A stretch of 64,000 nucleotides of DNA from Candidatus Brockarchaeota archaeon (GCA_017601225.1 JAFNIX010000002.1:52903-116902), one strand, 5' to 3'; numbered from the stretch's first letter, positions 46,433 to 55,841 are shown. Made by a program: numbers and translations. The notes: generated from the letters alone by a model not told the origin.

Positions 46433-47200
46433 TCTTTAACCCGATCCTTCTATACTGGCTTAACTACTTAAACCTTTCAAATGAAGACCTTTTATTACAG
46501 TTGAACTAGATGTAGGAAGATAATTTAAGAAAATAGGCATGATAAGAATCACCATATCTAGAGAGCCAAGAATCCCTTAGAAATTGTTCTTTATGATTTC
46601 TTTAAAAGGAAGACTCTCCGGAGTCTTCTTCGGCATGCTCGTCTTCCATCACAAGACTAGGAAAAACATACTTTGGGTTTATCATTACTCCAGCACTAAT
46701 CATATACGCCTTTGTCCTCCTAGTTTTAACACGAACCTGAAGAAATTGCGTAAATCAGTCATATCAATAGTTCATAAAGGGTAGTGTGTGCTTGCTTTGA
46801 AAACTAAAAGGGCAGGCGGTAGGATTCAGAGCTAAGCTTGTAAGCCTGACGCGGTTTCTGTTAAGGGAACGCCACTAGGATTGGTAGCAATATCGTCAAG
46901 ACAGTTAGGAAGTAGAGTTAGATTTTAGATAAAGACAATATTACAAGAAATTGTTCTCCTATTGACGAGAGGTGTAACACTCTGTAAGAGGACTGTTTTC
47001 TCCTTTTTAAGAATGCTATCGTTACAACTATGACGAGTAGGATTACCATGGTTATTGCTCCCACGGTAGTCAGGTTAGTTTCAGCCTTCCAAGCTGCTGT
47101 TAGACTAAGTGGCCCCGTTACGCGCGCACTCTTATTCTTCCTTATAGTAGGAACACATTAGAAGAAGCAAGGTTATGATATCAGGCGTTTTCAGAAAAAC

Positions 47201-47208
47201 TTTATCTA
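47201..47208 (+). promoter_or_regulatory. TATA-like box TTTATCTA upstream of the 489-aa/2379-aa operon
   Basis: It lies 28-35 nt upstream of the ATG at 47236, which would imply a leaderless or very short-leader transcript. Confidence 0.3.
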
Positions 47209-47235
47209 AAACCTCTGCCTTTCCTATCTAAAAAT

Positions 47236-48705
47236 ATGGTTAAACGCTCTTGGCTGGGGGGCCTGCTTGTTTTACTTTTCACAGTAATGCTCGCTTTGCT
47301 TTCGACTAGTTTAAATTCTCCACTACGCGGCCCCTTGGTCTCAGCAGCTCCATCGTCCTACTTTTGGAGCAGCCTAAGCAGGAATACGGTGGCGGTAACC
47401 TATTCTGTTGACGAGAGGACATGGTACGGTGGAACAGACTATCTACACGTTAAGGCTAGTGGACAAGGCGTGTACGGCGACACCAAGACAGCTATAGCGA
47501 CAGTAACAATACCCGCTGGTTTCTCGGCAGGAATCTATGTTTGCGGCGACGATCGTAACCCTGTTCCCAACGGATGGACTGTTCAGGAGAAGTATCTAAG
47601 GCTAGAGGTTGACGGGGTCAGGGTCTACGAGCTGGGTAAAGAATACTGGTGGGCGAAATGCTACTCTAAGGCTGCAACCCTATGCTCAGGTACGCACGAG
47701 GTTAAGCTGACAATAGGCATCACGGTTAAGGTTTCCTCAAACTTTGAGGAACGCGACCTGCATTGGGCTTCGATGGACATAAGGCTTGAGGGAAGCGGAA
47801 CGATAACGGCTGAATCCCATACCGCTGAGGCGACCCTAGATGGGAGTGTAACGCACGTCTTCACTTTCATGCTTCCCCAGGCATCTGGCGTGAGAAACAT
47901 GAGTTGGACGGCTAGGTGGAACGGGCTTGAGGAAACTGGCTGCGGAGTCCCGGGAAGCATGCAGAAAGCAGTGTTCTCAGGGGTTAACAGGGGCAGCTGG
48001 GTTTTCACAAGCCCGGTCGTAATCAGGGTTGGCGAGTCTGTCCCGTTGGTAAGCGTTGGAGACGGTTACGCTATCGACGCTGTCTACGATGAGGGCTCGG
48101 GGGAAACTGGAATCCGTAGGATCGCTGTAGCCATTAGTAATGGTGACGAGGCAGGGTTTACCTCAGCAAGATATCTCGTAACCGAGATTAAGCGTGAAAC
48201 AAGGGTCGTGGGTGGGACACTGATAGGCTCCGCAATATGGGCGAACAGCGGTTCAACCATCGTGTTCAACCAGACTGTAAGCTACTATGCTTCAAACGGC
48301 TGGGTTACTGAGAGGATTAGGGGAGGTGTTGAAACAGGCTCAGGCGTAGTGAAGGCTTTCCAAGAGCTTAATGTTTCTAGAAAAGTTGGTTTCTCCTCGA
48401 AGAACAGGAATGATGAGCTCGAACTGACGGTAAGGATTCCTCTGCTAACCATGGTTTTCACCCACATCGTAGTCTCAGCTGAGAGGAACGGTGACAATGT
48501 TAATGTTAGGGCCTTCTGGGCCCACGATAACAGCCCCATAGCAGGGTTAAGGGTAAAGTGTTTCGAAACAGACCAGAGCGGAGTAACCGATCTGAACGGC
48601 AGGGTCTCGTTCAGAATAGCCGGCTCAGGATTCGAAGCAACCATCTACCCCTCTGAAGGAAGAAACGGGATAACCGTTTACGAGAAGGCGAGGGTAAGGC
48701 TATGA
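47236..48705 (+). CDS. Secreted beta-rich protein (489 aa) with C-terminal CarboxypepD_reg-like domain
   Basis: Signal-like N-terminus (LGGLLVLLFTVMLALLSTS). C-terminal IAGLRVKCFETDQSGVTDLNGRVSFRIAGSGFEATIYP resembles the prealbumin-like carboxypeptidase-regulatory fold motif. The stop overlaps the next start (ATGA). Confidence 0.6.
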   Translation: MVKRSWLGGLLVLLFTVMLALLSTSLNSPLRGPLVSAAPSSYFWSSLSRNTVAVTYSVDERTWYGGTDYLHVKASGQGVYGDTKTAIATVTIPAGFSAGIYVCGDDRNPVPNGWTVQEKYLRLEVDGVRVYELGKEYWWAKCYSKAATLCSGTHEVKLTIGITVKVSSNFEERDLHWASMDIRLEGSGTITAESHTAEATLDGSVTHVFTFMLPQASGVRNMSWTARWNGLEETGCGVPGSMQKAVFSGVNRGSWVFTSPVVIRVGESVPLVSVGDGYAIDAVYDEGSGETGIRRIAVAISNGDEAGFTSARYLVTEIKRETRVVGGTLIGSAIWANSGSTIVFNQTVSYYASNGWVTERIRGGVETGSGVVKAFQELNVSRKVGFSSKNRNDELELTVRIPLLTMVFTHIVVSAERNGDNVNVRAFWAHDNSPIAGLRVKCFETDQSGVTDLNGRVSFRIAGSGFEATIYPSEGRNGITVYEKARVRL

Positions 48706-51700
48706 GCAAACATAATAGGCTTAGCGGTTTCTTAAACCTTGCGAAGGCTTGGCCGATATGTCTGGTTAACGCTGCGACAGCATACTTCACGATAGTCGGC
48801 TTGCTTCTCCTCTTAACACCCGATATCGCTGAGCTAATAGTCAACGGCGTTCCAACGAGTAGGCTGATTCTAACCACGGCTGTTGCATTCGTTTTCCTTA
48901 ATATGCTTCTCGTGTTAACCTACGCTGCATCACTCTTCACCGTTAAGCGTGAGAGCATGATGGATGGCTTTAGGAGGAATGGCGGAAGGCTGATCAAGGG
49001 GCTCCTGCTTCTCTCGCTCTCCAGCCTTATCTGCCTAGCCTTAATCGTCTTCGCCGGCTATAGTGCTGTTTCCCCGGCAAGCCTTTCCCAGGACGCGTTT
49101 AAACTTCTAGCGATGAACTATGGAGCAGGATTAGCAGTCTCGATCCTACATGCTCTTCCACTGGTCTGGCTGGTGAAATCTTTAGCAGGCGAAAAAATAC
49201 GGATGGGGCTGGGCAGGTTCCTCTCCCTGGTGGTGTTGGTCTTCCTGATGCTCGTTGCCCTCTCATCATACGGTTTCCTGGGGCTGTTCACAGACTCCGT
49301 GCTTATTCCAACGGCTGTAAGCCTCATTGTTCATGCTGGCTGGGGGAAGGCTGAGGACAGGGGGAGCAGTCTCTCCCGGCTTAAGAGGAGGAGCACGGGG
49401 AGGGCGGTGATTGGAATCATTCTAAGCATGCTTGTTCTAAGCACCGGAACCCCTTTCAACAGCATCCTGCTCAGCCTGGGTGAGGAGTCGAGCTTCAGCG
49501 AAGACGGGTTGAAAAGCCTTGTCTCAAGGGCTGTTGCAGAAGGCTGGAGTAATGGGGAGCTTGCCTCAGCGATAAGAAGCAACCCGGGGCTAAGCATGCT
49601 TTCAACCTACGACCTTAGCAGCATAACTATTGAGAGGGATGATGCTGGAAGCGTCAAGGTTACAATACCGCTCACCGCCTCAGGCTACGGAATATATAGG
49701 AAAACAGGCAATAAGACCACGGTTTACGACGTTTACGCTCAAACCGGTTCAAGCGAGCTAGTTATAGGCGATAAGCGCTACGTCCTAGCCGGCTACAGGA
49801 GCAGCGGGGAAACCTACGGCCCGTTTGAAAACCTCGATGACGCGCTGGCCATGGAGAATGAGGCTAAGGCTTACGCTAACGCCACGAGGATCACTTCCAA
49901 CACTGTTCTGAAGACTGAGACCAGGGAGGCGGCAAGGGTTGAGACCAAGTACGCTGTCGTCCCAACAGTCAGGGTAGTGAAGTATGAGGTGCTGGGAGAG
50001 TTTGAAACCTATGAGGCTGCTCAAAGCTACCTCAGCCTCTACCCGGGACTTCTGTGGACAGCGGAGGTGAAGACTCTTGAGAAGCAGGTCTGGGTACACT
50101 CCTACAGGCTTGAATTCCTCGAGGAGACAACCAGCTATTACAGGGCTTTGATGATGAGCAGGGACGGCTATGTTGCGGAGGAGGTTAGGAGCCTTGTGAC
50201 TGTCTACGTTTTCGACAGGTGCAGCCCGCTCGGGAGGCTGATGGTCCTCGACAGGGTTGAGATCGCGAAGGAGGATTTCGAAAGAATGCTTCAAACAGGA
50301 GAGCTTGCGAGGAGTGTTGACGAGCATGGTGAAGAATACTACTATTACTCTTCGCAGGGGCCGTATTCAGCAAGGCTCTACAGGACTGGGGTGAAGCAGG
50401 TTGAAGGAAGCGTCGTAGCTTGGAGAATATACCGCAGGATCGACACTTCTCACTGGGAGACTAGGAGGACTTACCGGGTTGTTGCTCCAGACGGTTATGA
50501 GGAGGGGAAGGTTAGCATAGATGAGTTGCCGAGCTACGCGAAGGGCTTCCCGTCTAGGAGCGATGCTGCGGACTCTAAGAGTGTTGTTGAAAACATGCTT
50601 GGAAGCTGGGCTGACAGCCAAGGTGTGACTCTGAGGTTCTGCGAAGTGGAATCGTACGAGCAGAATGTTTCTGGGGTTGAAACCGTAACCAGGCAGGTTA
50701 AACAGTACTATGTTACTGCGACATTCCTGAAGCCTGTTTACGATGTTTACGAGCTTCAACCATACCACAGGGTTTGGAACGAGACGAGTTACGAGGAAAC
50801 ATGGGGCTGGGTTTTCAAAGGCTATGTTGACGAGAAGCCTGAGAACTATGATGCGTCGACATGGGTTTACTCGCCTGAGGTGGTGAACTGGACTTCTAAG
50901 ACGTACTTGGGAATATTCACCGAGTGGGAAACGCAGGTATTAATGAGCGCTGACCCGCGCTACGTCGCTGAGAAGCATAACACCACGACGATAACTAGGG
51001 AAGTATCTTACTACGATGTTTACAACGCAACCTGGAAACTGTTATACCACTACTACAAGTATGTTGTCCACCCCACTCATGAATATATCGCTAACGGGAA
51101 CATTTCCACCGGCGGAGGATGGGCCTTCGAAAACTTGGGTGACGCTAACGGAGAAGTATGCTCCTCAGCCTTTCGCAGTAGCCCGAATAGTTTGAGAATA
51201 GTTTCTGGGAGTGGAAGAGGGGCCTGGAGGCAAACATTCTACTATGACGCCGGGGGCTCAAGCCCAGTGTTAGACTTCTGGTATGTTTTAAGGGGGAGTG
51301 GAGCCGTTGCGGTGAAGAAGCCAGATGGCTCAGCACAAGTCTTCACCCTAGGAGAAAACAGTGGTTGGACTAGGTTCAACAGGGATTCTGGTGATGTCTT
51401 CAGTCAAGCGGGATACTACACGATATCCTTCGTAGCTTCTGAGAACAGCGAGCTCCTTGTTGACGATGTTAGCCTACATGTAGGCGGCTACGGTGAATGG
51501 GTCTACCAGGGTGATGTTGAAAACAGGCCTGAAAACGTTCCTTCCAACGAGAAGTATGAAGCCTCCTATAAAATTGAGAACAAGAGGCTCATAGGAACCT
51601 TCGACGAGAGCGTTGCAAACCAGTATCCCACCCCGCCCTACATAAAGGAGTTTAAAAAGAAGGAGACTGTTAGCTATACTGTAGACCTCTACAAGCTATA

Positions 51701-54700
51701 CTACTTGGAGGGCGGGTTCGTCAAGTATAAGGTTTTCCATTGGGAGAAGCAGCAGGTTCCAATAGTTGTTAGGAAGGAGGAGTCCGGGGCAAAATGGGTC
51801 TTGGTTGAGAGCGGTGTGGAAACAGGATTCGGCGGGCTAATGCTGGTTGAGCAGAACGTGCCGGAGGACGTTGTTAAAGCGAAGTATAATGATCCTGTGA
51901 AATACCTTCTTGTCCCCAAGGTTGTTGAAGCCGGGGAGGCTCTTGAGCTTGTGTGCGAAACCCTCGATGGGAGTCTTGCGAGAAAATACGAGAAAGAGGG
52001 CTACATAGTCAGAAACACCGAGGTCTCAACCGGAAACCCGATAAGGTTCAGCGTGAGAATGCTTCAAGCAACCGTTGAGAAGAATGAGATGGGTATGCTT
52101 GGCAAGCAGAACACTTTGAGAGTCGCCATAGCTAACCCGACTCAGGATACTCTGGCCTACCAGGTTACCATAGAGGCGGAGAACAACGAGATTGTTGAGG
52201 AAATGCTCCCAGAGGGACAGGCTTTCCACATGCCTGAGGCGGTCAGGAGGATCACCATGGTTCCGGTTGCCGAGCCCAGTAGCTGGCTCCTAGCTGTTCA
52301 GCCTGGTGGAGCGTCATACTCGCTGGAGTTCGCAACCTGGGTCAGGAGGACGGAGGAGAAGGAGTATGGTAGTTATAATGTGAACACTGCTTACTGGCCA
52401 ACCGGCTCAGTCGGATGCAGCTTCACGGTTAAAGTGTTGAGAAACGGGAGGCTGGTTGCTAAGCAACGGGTTCTGGAAACCTTCGACAGCTTCAACGTGG
52501 AAAGAGCAGTGGCGAGACACCCGTTTGAGACAGTGGGCGGGTTCCTAATGGGCTTCGGGGCGATGGCGGCGATAACAGCCTTATCCTTCTCCCTGCCCCA
52601 GGTCACCATAGGTTTAGCAGGCCTGTCCCTCACCATGTCTCCCTTCACCTTAGTGGGGCTCGCGGCCGGCACCGCCAGCGCCCTAATAGTCTACGCTCAA
52701 ACCGGGAGCGGTGTTGAAGCCTTAACGTACAGCCCGCTTGGAGTATTCGTCGCACCCGTAAGGGCCTTGGCGGACCCTACTATGGATGATAGTAGGAGAG
52801 CGTCGATAATAGGCGCGGTGATAGGTGCTCCACTCGGCGTCCTCGTGGGCCAGAGGATAGCTCTGGATGTCGCGATGCTAAGGATGCCTAGCGAGCTCAG
52901 GAATGATCCTAAGGTCTACGGCTTCCTATACGCGGCTGAGAAGAACTATGGCACGGCTTTCGCCTCAACCGTAGCCGGATACATTGGGAAGCTCTACCCT
53001 TATGCTGATGTCCCCGACGCCAAGGGCCTTGTAGCATTGCTTCTAAGCGACGCTTTGAAGAGCAGGCAGGACGCTTTCTACATCGCGAGCATGCTTGAAA
53101 AAGCCTCCGGCATGGGTGAAGAGTTTCTCAGTAGGCATGCAGGCAGCGTGATGGAGTGGCTCGGAAGCCCACTGCTGAGATACAAGCTTGCCTCCCTCCT
53201 CCAGCTGAGCCCGGATGAGGCCCTCCAGATCTCCCAGAGCGTTGGGGGAGACTTCGTGCAAATGATTCGCCTCGCGGAGTTCAAGCATGCTTGGAACCAG
53301 CTTTCCAAGCTCGGCCCAGACACGGTTAGAGTGTTAAGCTGGAGCCCGGACGGGATAGAGGTGGGGGTTGAGAAGAGCCTCGCAGGCCAGCTCTACCCGG
53401 GTATTCAGAAGGGCAGCGTCGTGGAGTTCGAGTTCGCGAGGGGGAGCATTGTCCTCAAAGGATTCTTGACATACGCGGAGGAAAAAGCCCTTGGAGACTC
53501 TAAGTACCTCGTCTTCGCGTTCAAGGCTGAGGAAAGAATCCCATATGTTTTCGACCTCCTTAGGGAGGACATGCAGGCAATACCCGGGCAGCAGGCTGAG
53601 AAAACATTCGGCTTCAACGCTTTCAACCCTTCAAAAGGGAAGCTCACTCTAGACAAGGGTAGCCTGAGCGTAGACGGGAGCGTGAGGTTTAGCGACGGAA
53701 TGGTTCTCAAAATGGATGACCCCGGGGTCATGCTTGTCCCCAGCGAAAACCCGTTGGAAACCGGGACGCTTAACGAGGTGCTTCTGCAGGGGAGGATAAG
53801 CGGGACCAGCGTGGTTGTTGATGAAGATGGGGTGGTTAAAGCGTTCCACCAAGGAGATTATCTGCCCGCTGTCGTCACGGCGAGCACACTGGGGCTCCAG
53901 CTTGGAATACTTGCGAAGCCGAGCGGTGGAGTATTGACAATCCCTGGGGAAAGCCTTAGGGCGAGAGGCATTCTTGACCCAAGCTTGGTGCATGTTGTCT
54001 ACCCGGATGGGGCGGCGGTGACAACCCTGTACACGGGTGGAAGCCTCCAGATACCTTTACACTCATACTTCTCCGGGGCTTTCCTAGGGGTTCAGGCGGT
54101 TGAAACAAGGGTTGTCTGGACTGAAACAATGGGGCGGAGGGAGTTCTACGCTCAGGTTGCCAGCACCAGCGAAATAATCGGGAATGCTCTCGGAAGAGGC
54201 TTTTCAGAGGAGTTCGTGGAGACATTGCTGCTGAGCGGGCTCACGGATTCTCAGGCGTTGGACATGGCTAACGAGCTTGTTAGGAACATTGAGTGGCTTA
54301 AAGCGTTCAGCAGCAGTAGGAGGATTGAGGCTGTCAGGAGGATAACGGAGTACGTTGTGAAGGGGGAGACCGCTGAGGAGGCTGTTGAAAAAGTCAGGAG
54401 GGAGAGCGAGGAGTATGTTAGAAACCTTGAGCTTGAGACGATAGAGTTCTACAACTCCATCCCCGACACCATGCTTGCGAACGAGGTTCTAAGCCTGATA
54501 AAACATATTCAGGAGAGGCTTGGGCCTGAGGCTGCGAGATGGCTCCTGGAGGTTTTGAAGAGGACATATGTGGAAACCCTTGCCTCAACCCTTGGCGATA
54601 GGGAGGCTGCGGACAATAGGCTTAGAAGCGTCGTCGAAAAAGCGTTCAAGTATCCTGAGAGCGTAACCCAAGGATGCGCACTATCCTCAGCAGTAGTCGT

Positions 54701-55841
54701 TGAACTGATGGAGAAGAGTGTTGAGGAAGCGTGGGAGACGCTTAACAGACTGGTCAATTATCCTGATGGCTTAAGAGTAAAATGCGTCTTAAAACCACAC
54801 GAAGATCGTTTCACAATACATATACCAGAAGAACAATTAGCTTCGTACTTAGGCAGTGAAGCCTGCTGGATAAGAATGGAGGTTAAAGGAACAGTTCTGT
54901 ACAAGAAGTATAACCCAACTTTCAATTTCGATGTTCCGCCAGGGCTCGGTGAAGCTGGCGAGGAAATAGAAATAACCATTAGGAAAATCACTCCCTACGA
55001 GTTTATCAGGACAGCAATCACGGAAGGAAGAATGCCCTTCGACATAGAATTCTCACTCGAAAGATACTGGCTCGTCGTAGGAGATGGAAAGATAGAAACA
55101 TCCTTAAAGCAAGGTATGTATTACGACAGGGGAGACAAGGGGCCTGCAGTAGTCTTCATGATAAAAGACTGGCAGGGAGAGGAGCATGAGCTTAAACTAG
55201 TCTACAATTGGGATAGGAAATATTTATCCAAGATAATGATCGAGGACTTCAGACAGATCCAGGACGCAGAATACGATTCCGAAACCGGAATACTTACAAT
55301 AACATACTTGAAAGGCGACCATGCATCGGAACACCTGATATACTTAGAGAACCCAAAATCCGTTTTAACAAGGATGGTTGAAAAATTAAAAATCACCCTT
55401 AGCGAAGAACGCGAAGACACAAACCTTGAGGGAGACATCGGTGAGTATTATATAATGCTCTATAAGAGTGATGTAATCAAAGAAAAAGTATCTGAGATTC
55501 TGGGGGTTCCAAAGGACAAGATCAAGGTCGTCAAGGGTTATTCGAATTGGGGGCCGGACTTCTACGTTTACTGCGAAGGTAAGCTAGTGGCGATAATTGA
55601 TGTAAAAACTACTACGAAATCTAAGTATTATCCGGCGGAGAAACTGAAAGAGGCTAAAGATAGTCTGGAGAATAAATACTTCACTCGAGATGAATGGAAA
55701 GATCTCTTCAAAAAGGTCAAGTATGGGATTCCAATAGCAGTCTTTCTTAAGAACCTAGATGAAATAATTCAGACAGAGTTTTTGAGTGGGATAGATTGTA
55801 AGCTAGGGGAAGTGGTTGAAAATCCGAATTACGAGCCTTAG
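48702..55841 (+). CDS. Giant polytopic membrane protein (2379 aa) with CBM-like module and C-terminal PD-(D/E)XK nuclease-like module
   Basis: Uninterrupted 7.1-kb ORF. About 6-7 TM helices lie in residues 1-260, then a ~1000-aa hydrophilic region. That region includes a jelly-roll/CBM-like segment (residues ~798-927) and is followed by a second TM cluster (residues ~1278-1385). A ~1000-aa C-terminal region ends with E...GPD(x13)DVK. Confidence 0.8.
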   Translation: MSKHNRLSGFLNLAKAWPICLVNAATAYFTIVGLLLLLTPDIAELIVNGVPTSRLILTTAVAFVFLNMLLVLTYAASLFTVKRESMMDGFRRNGGRLIKGLLLLSLSSLICLALIVFAGYSAVSPASLSQDAFKLLAMNYGAGLAVSILHALPLVWLVKSLAGEKIRMGLGRFLSLVVLVFLMLVALSSYGFLGLFTDSVLIPTAVSLIVHAGWGKAEDRGSSLSRLKRRSTGRAVIGIILSMLVLSTGTPFNSILLSLGEESSFSEDGLKSLVSRAVAEGWSNGELASAIRSNPGLSMLSTYDLSSITIERDDAGSVKVTIPLTASGYGIYRKTGNKTTVYDVYAQTGSSELVIGDKRYVLAGYRSSGETYGPFENLDDALAMENEAKAYANATRITSNTVLKTETREAARVETKYAVVPTVRVVKYEVLGEFETYEAAQSYLSLYPGLLWTAEVKTLEKQVWVHSYRLEFLEETTSYYRALMMSRDGYVAEEVRSLVTVYVFDRCSPLGRLMVLDRVEIAKEDFERMLQTGELARSVDEHGEEYYYYSSQGPYSARLYRTGVKQVEGSVVAWRIYRRIDTSHWETRRTYRVVAPDGYEEGKVSIDELPSYAKGFPSRSDAADSKSVVENMLGSWADSQGVTLRFCEVESYEQNVSGVETVTRQVKQYYVTATFLKPVYDVYELQPYHRVWNETSYEETWGWVFKGYVDEKPENYDASTWVYSPEVVNWTSKTYLGIFTEWETQVLMSADPRYVAEKHNTTTITREVSYYDVYNATWKLLYHYYKYVVHPTHEYIANGNISTGGGWAFENLGDANGEVCSSAFRSSPNSLRIVSGSGRGAWRQTFYYDAGGSSPVLDFWYVLRGSGAVAVKKPDGSAQVFTLGENSGWTRFNRDSGDVFSQAGYYTISFVASENSELLVDDVSLHVGGYGEWVYQGDVENRPENVPSNEKYEASYKIENKRLIGTFDESVANQYPTPPYIKEFKKKETVSYTVDLYKLYYLEGGFVKYKVFHWEKQQVPIVVRKEESGAKWVLVESGVETGFGGLMLVEQNVPEDVVKAKYNDPVKYLLVPKVVEAGEALELVCETLDGSLARKYEKEGYIVRNTEVSTGNPIRFSVRMLQATVEKNEMGMLGKQNTLRVAIANPTQDTLAYQVTIEAENNEIVEEMLPEGQAFHMPEAVRRITMVPVAEPSSWLLAVQPGGASYSLEFATWVRRTEEKEYGSYNVNTAYWPTGSVGCSFTVKVLRNGRLVAKQRVLETFDSFNVERAVARHPFETVGGFLMGFGAMAAITALSFSLPQVTIGLAGLSLTMSPFTLVGLAAGTASALIVYAQTGSGVEALTYSPLGVFVAPVRALADPTMDDSRRASIIGAVIGAPLGVLVGQRIALDVAMLRMPSELRNDPKVYGFLYAAEKNYGTAFASTVAGYIGKLYPYADVPDAKGLVALLLSDALKSRQDAFYIASMLEKASGMGEEFLSRHAGSVMEWLGSPLLRYKLASLLQLSPDEALQISQSVGGDFVQMIRLAEFKHAWNQLSKLGPDTVRVLSWSPDGIEVGVEKSLAGQLYPGIQKGSVVEFEFARGSIVLKGFLTYAEEKALGDSKYLVFAFKAEERIPYVFDLLREDMQAIPGQQAEKTFGFNAFNPSKGKLTLDKGSLSVDGSVRFSDGMVLKMDDPGVMLVPSENPLETGTLNEVLLQGRISGTSVVVDEDGVVKAFHQGDYLPAVVTASTLGLQLGILAKPSGGVLTIPGESLRARGILDPSLVHVVYPDGAAVTTLYTGGSLQIPLHSYFSGAFLGVQAVETRVVWTETMGRREFYAQVASTSEIIGNALGRGFSEEFVETLLLSGLTDSQALDMANELVRNIEWLKAFSSSRRIEAVRRITEYVVKGETAEEAVEKVRRESEEYVRNLELETIEFYNSIPDTMLANEVLSLIKHIQERLGPEAARWLLEVLKRTYVETLASTLGDREAADNRLRSVVEKAFKYPESVTQGCALSSAVVVELMEKSVEEAWETLNRLVNYPDGLRVKCVLKPHEDRFTIHIPEEQLASYLGSEACWIRMEVKGTVLYKKYNPTFNFDVPPGLGEAGEEIEITIRKITPYEFIRTAITEGRMPFDIEFSLERYWLVVGDGKIETSLKQGMYYDRGDKGPAVVFMIKDWQGEEHELKLVYNWDRKYLSKIMIEDFRQIQDAEYDSETGILTITYLKGDHASEHLIYLENPKSVLTRMVEKLKITLSEEREDTNLEGDIGEYYIMLYKSDVIKEKVSEILGVPKDKIKVVKGYSNWGPDFYVYCEGKLVAIIDVKTTTKSKYYPAEKLKEAKDSLENKYFTRDEWKDLFKKVKYGIPIAVFLKNLDEIIQTEFLSGIDCKLGEVVENPNYEP

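Noticed and set aside
46584-46784. 66-aa plus-strand ORF in the AT-rich region
   Set aside because: No family resemblance, AT-rich random-looking composition, and no upstream TATA/SD context that I could see.
49785-50327. 180-aa minus-strand ORF, and many other 60-130-aa ORFs, inside the giant gene
   Set aside because: All are antisense or off-frame within a continuous 7.1-kb ORF. Their Arg/Ser/Pro-rich translations lack motifs. They are an expected by-product of the GC-rich coding strand.
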